Made by a program: the position numbers and the translations under genes. A DNA stretch of 64,000 bases from Rhina ancylostomus. Lineage: Eukaryota. The stretch's first letter is position 1, and each line of letters starts with the position of its first letter. The notes beneath the pieces were generated by a model. That model made no database searches and was not told the DNA's origin. It saw nothing but the letters and a program-made list of their open reading frames with translations. The stretch covers positions 35,531,300-35,595,299 of the forward strand of contig JARFYF010000112.1 of the NCBI GenBank assembly GCA_030265395.1, written 5' to 3'. Of this stretch, positions 61,983 to 64,000 are shown in pieces.

Positions 61983-62135
61983 GGTCTGTTTGCTCGACGT
62001 CGGCAGCTGTTGCTCACTGAAGGCCCCCACCTCTATTATGTGTATCCTGTCAACAAGGTTCTGAAAGGAGAGATTCCATGGTCACAGGAGTTGCGTCCAG
62101 AAGCCAAGAATTTCAAAACATTTTTTGTTCATACT
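61983..62135 (+). CDS. PDPK1: PDPK1 exon 13 ([33 protein letters not shown]...FKTFFVHT), 153 nt
   Basis: Poly-T gcag acceptor; ACT|gtaagt donor; PH-domain RRR motif. Confidence 0.97.
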
Positions 62136-62899
62136 GTAAGTCCGTTATGCCATGTACCCATAGGGTTTGTTGGGAGTCAGCTGCCATTTTTCCAAATTAG
62201 GTTGTAACATCTCGGCGGCTCTCTAACAATCTTGTTGTGTTTACACCAAATCCTCATGCTTTGCAAAGGTCATGGGTTTCCAGTGGCAAACCAAATTCAT
62301 GGATACCACTGAGGCTGCTGGTAATGACACTGAGGTTGTAATGATGTAAATTGGTCATCCCCTTCATGGAAAAAACAAATTTTATGTCAATTGCAGCTTC
62401 TAATTAAGCCTCCCCATGTTGCTGATTCCTGGTGTTGACTTGATCCCTACCTTGGCTCCTGCCCATGCTCTGAATCTTAGCTTCTGCCACAAACCCTAAA
62501 CAAGTTCCCTTTCCCTGGTGATCCTGACCATGAGTGGTACTCAGATCTATAGTTGGTAAGTCAGGACTTAGTGGTTTCAAAATGGTACGTGTTGATGCCA
62601 GTTTTCAGCATGCTAACTTTTGCGGTGTATTTGGTACAAGTAAAGTACTATTTCATTACTGCAGGTTAATGCAAACAACAGAAAGATCAAAGAGAAGCCT
62701 GGTACAAGTACTGACTGTATGAGACCCAACAGTCAAACAATGGGACCTTGATCAAGTCCCAGTACATCCATTGTATAGCAGGGGTGGATGTTCCCTGCCT
62801 TTCTCCATTGGAGGATGTTTGTCTTTATAATGGGAGGGATGGGATGATGAGATTATTGCAGTATCAATTACCTTTTTGTTGCCTTGTTTTGTTTTGCAG

Positions 62900-63013
62900 C
62901 CTAACCGGACATATTACTTAATGGATCCCAGTGGAAATGCCCATAAATGGTGCAAAAAGATCCATGAAGTGTGGCGACGGCGGTACCAGAACCAGCAGAA
63001 CACTGGCATCTAG
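62900..63013 (+). CDS. PDPK1: PDPK1 exon 14 coding part (PNRTYYLMDPSGNAHKWCKKIHEVWRRRYQNQQNTGI*)
   Basis: gttttgcag acceptor; TAG at 63011-63013. Confidence 0.97.
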   Translation, partial: PNRTYYLMDPSGNAHKWCKKIHEVWRRRYQNQQNTGI

Positions 63014-64000
63014 CAGAGTGCAGCTCAAGTATATGGAGAAGCTTCCTCTCAAGTTGCCAGAGCTCCAGAGTTGAGCACTGTAACACAGCAATGAAAGCCT
63101 CCCCATTCCACCTTATCTTGCCCATACACCCCTCCCCTCCCTTGTCTCTCTTTTAAAAAAAACACAGCCTGTGGCATCCAGAAATATTGCTGTATTTGTG
63201 TGTATTGAGGGTGGGAGGGCTGCAGACTATACTCCCATCTTTTCTTTCCTCCTTTCCAAGTAAATGTAAATGGGATTGCGGGTTGCTTTGCCTGCTCTTT
63301 GTGCTGCAGGCTTATCATATCACAAATAGAAGACCCTTTGCCTATTTCTGTGTAACGTCTGCTCTCGTCCCAGCTTCCAGATTTTAGATGAAGATCGCAC
63401 ATTTATTAACTGCTTCATAGGCAGATTGCAAATCTCAATCTATGTATTCCCCACAACCCTCATTCCAGTTCCAGGTAGCCCTCCACTGTGCAGGGTCTGA
63501 CCTTATTATCTTTTGTTTTTGTTTAATTTTCTGAAATTTATTTAAGAACTATGTGATTTCCATTTTTGTTCTTGCTTTCATCTGGCCTCTGACACTGCTG
63601 ATTCGCTTCCTCTCAAGGCAAAGGTATATAGTGGTACTGAGGAATCGATGTGCATAGAAACACATTCAAACACACAAGGAAATCCCTTATTTATGTGCTG
63701 ACTTATACAGAGTGAAACTGGTATTAATCTAATTATAGGGCCCTTTCTCATCTTTGTGATCAAGATATGTTCTCAAAACAGAAGATGAAGTTTTGTAATT
63801 AATTGACCTGTCCATATCGAGCCAGTATGTGTGGTGCGATAGAGTTCTGTACATGGTAGTTTTATGTAATTACCCGTTTTGATTCAGTTTCTACAAGAGG
63901 CTCCTGTTGTTGCTCATAACCAAAAGGATTGAAATTGATCTTTGGTCTTGGGCAGTCGCTGCATTTTGCTTGGCTGAAGATATTAATCTGAACGAGCTGG
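63014..64000 (+). other. PDPK1: PDPK1 3' UTR (partial, probably extends beyond the window)
   Basis: Follows the stop codon; no obvious repeats; no AATAAA seen; ATTTATTTA at about 63536. Confidence 0.8.

Larger units (their letters stand above)
42833..63013 (+). other. PDPK1: PDPK1 gene body, coding exons 2-14 (AGC kinase domain plus C-terminal PH domain); exon 1 not in window
   Basis: 13 exons of 294,43,138,145,98,76,69,97,174,218,58,153,114 nt, all with AG/GT boundaries and compatible phases, total 1677 nt = 558 codons + TAG. Motifs: GEGSFS, YAIK, HRDLKPEN, DFG, ANSFVGTAQY, RRRQLLL. Confidence 0.98.

Noticed and set aside
1-64000. CRISPR arrays, operons, tRNA/rRNA genes or snoRNAs
   Set aside because: Vertebrate intronic context; no repeat-spacer array; B-box-like motifs belong to SINEs; no convincing C/D or H/ACA structure seen by eye

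Overview
AT-rich, CpG-poor, repeat-dense eukaryotic DNA from a short-read-style assembly with many small N gaps. The repeat inventory (CR1/L2, RTE, Rex1-type, L1, Penelope-like palindromic elements, V-SINE and Deu-SINE) suggests a cartilaginous fish, probably a ray (inference). The window holds one protein-coding gene, PDPK1 (PDK1 kinase), on the + strand. Coding exons 2-14 (42833-63013) splice into an intact 558-codon frame; as I recall them, exons 3-13 have the same lengths as in human. Exon 1 was not found, so 1-42832 is probably the downstream part of a long intron 1. No convincing new multi-gene system was found. The best leads are a U12-type intron 4, an in-frame alternative acceptor that would insert 8 aa into the activation loop, a D-to-Y change in the conserved PH-domain YYVDP motif, a C-terminal PDZ-type motif, a pre-miRNA-sized intronic hairpin, and nested transposons with clear target-site duplications. 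Most ORFs in the supplied track are spurious or retroelement remnants.
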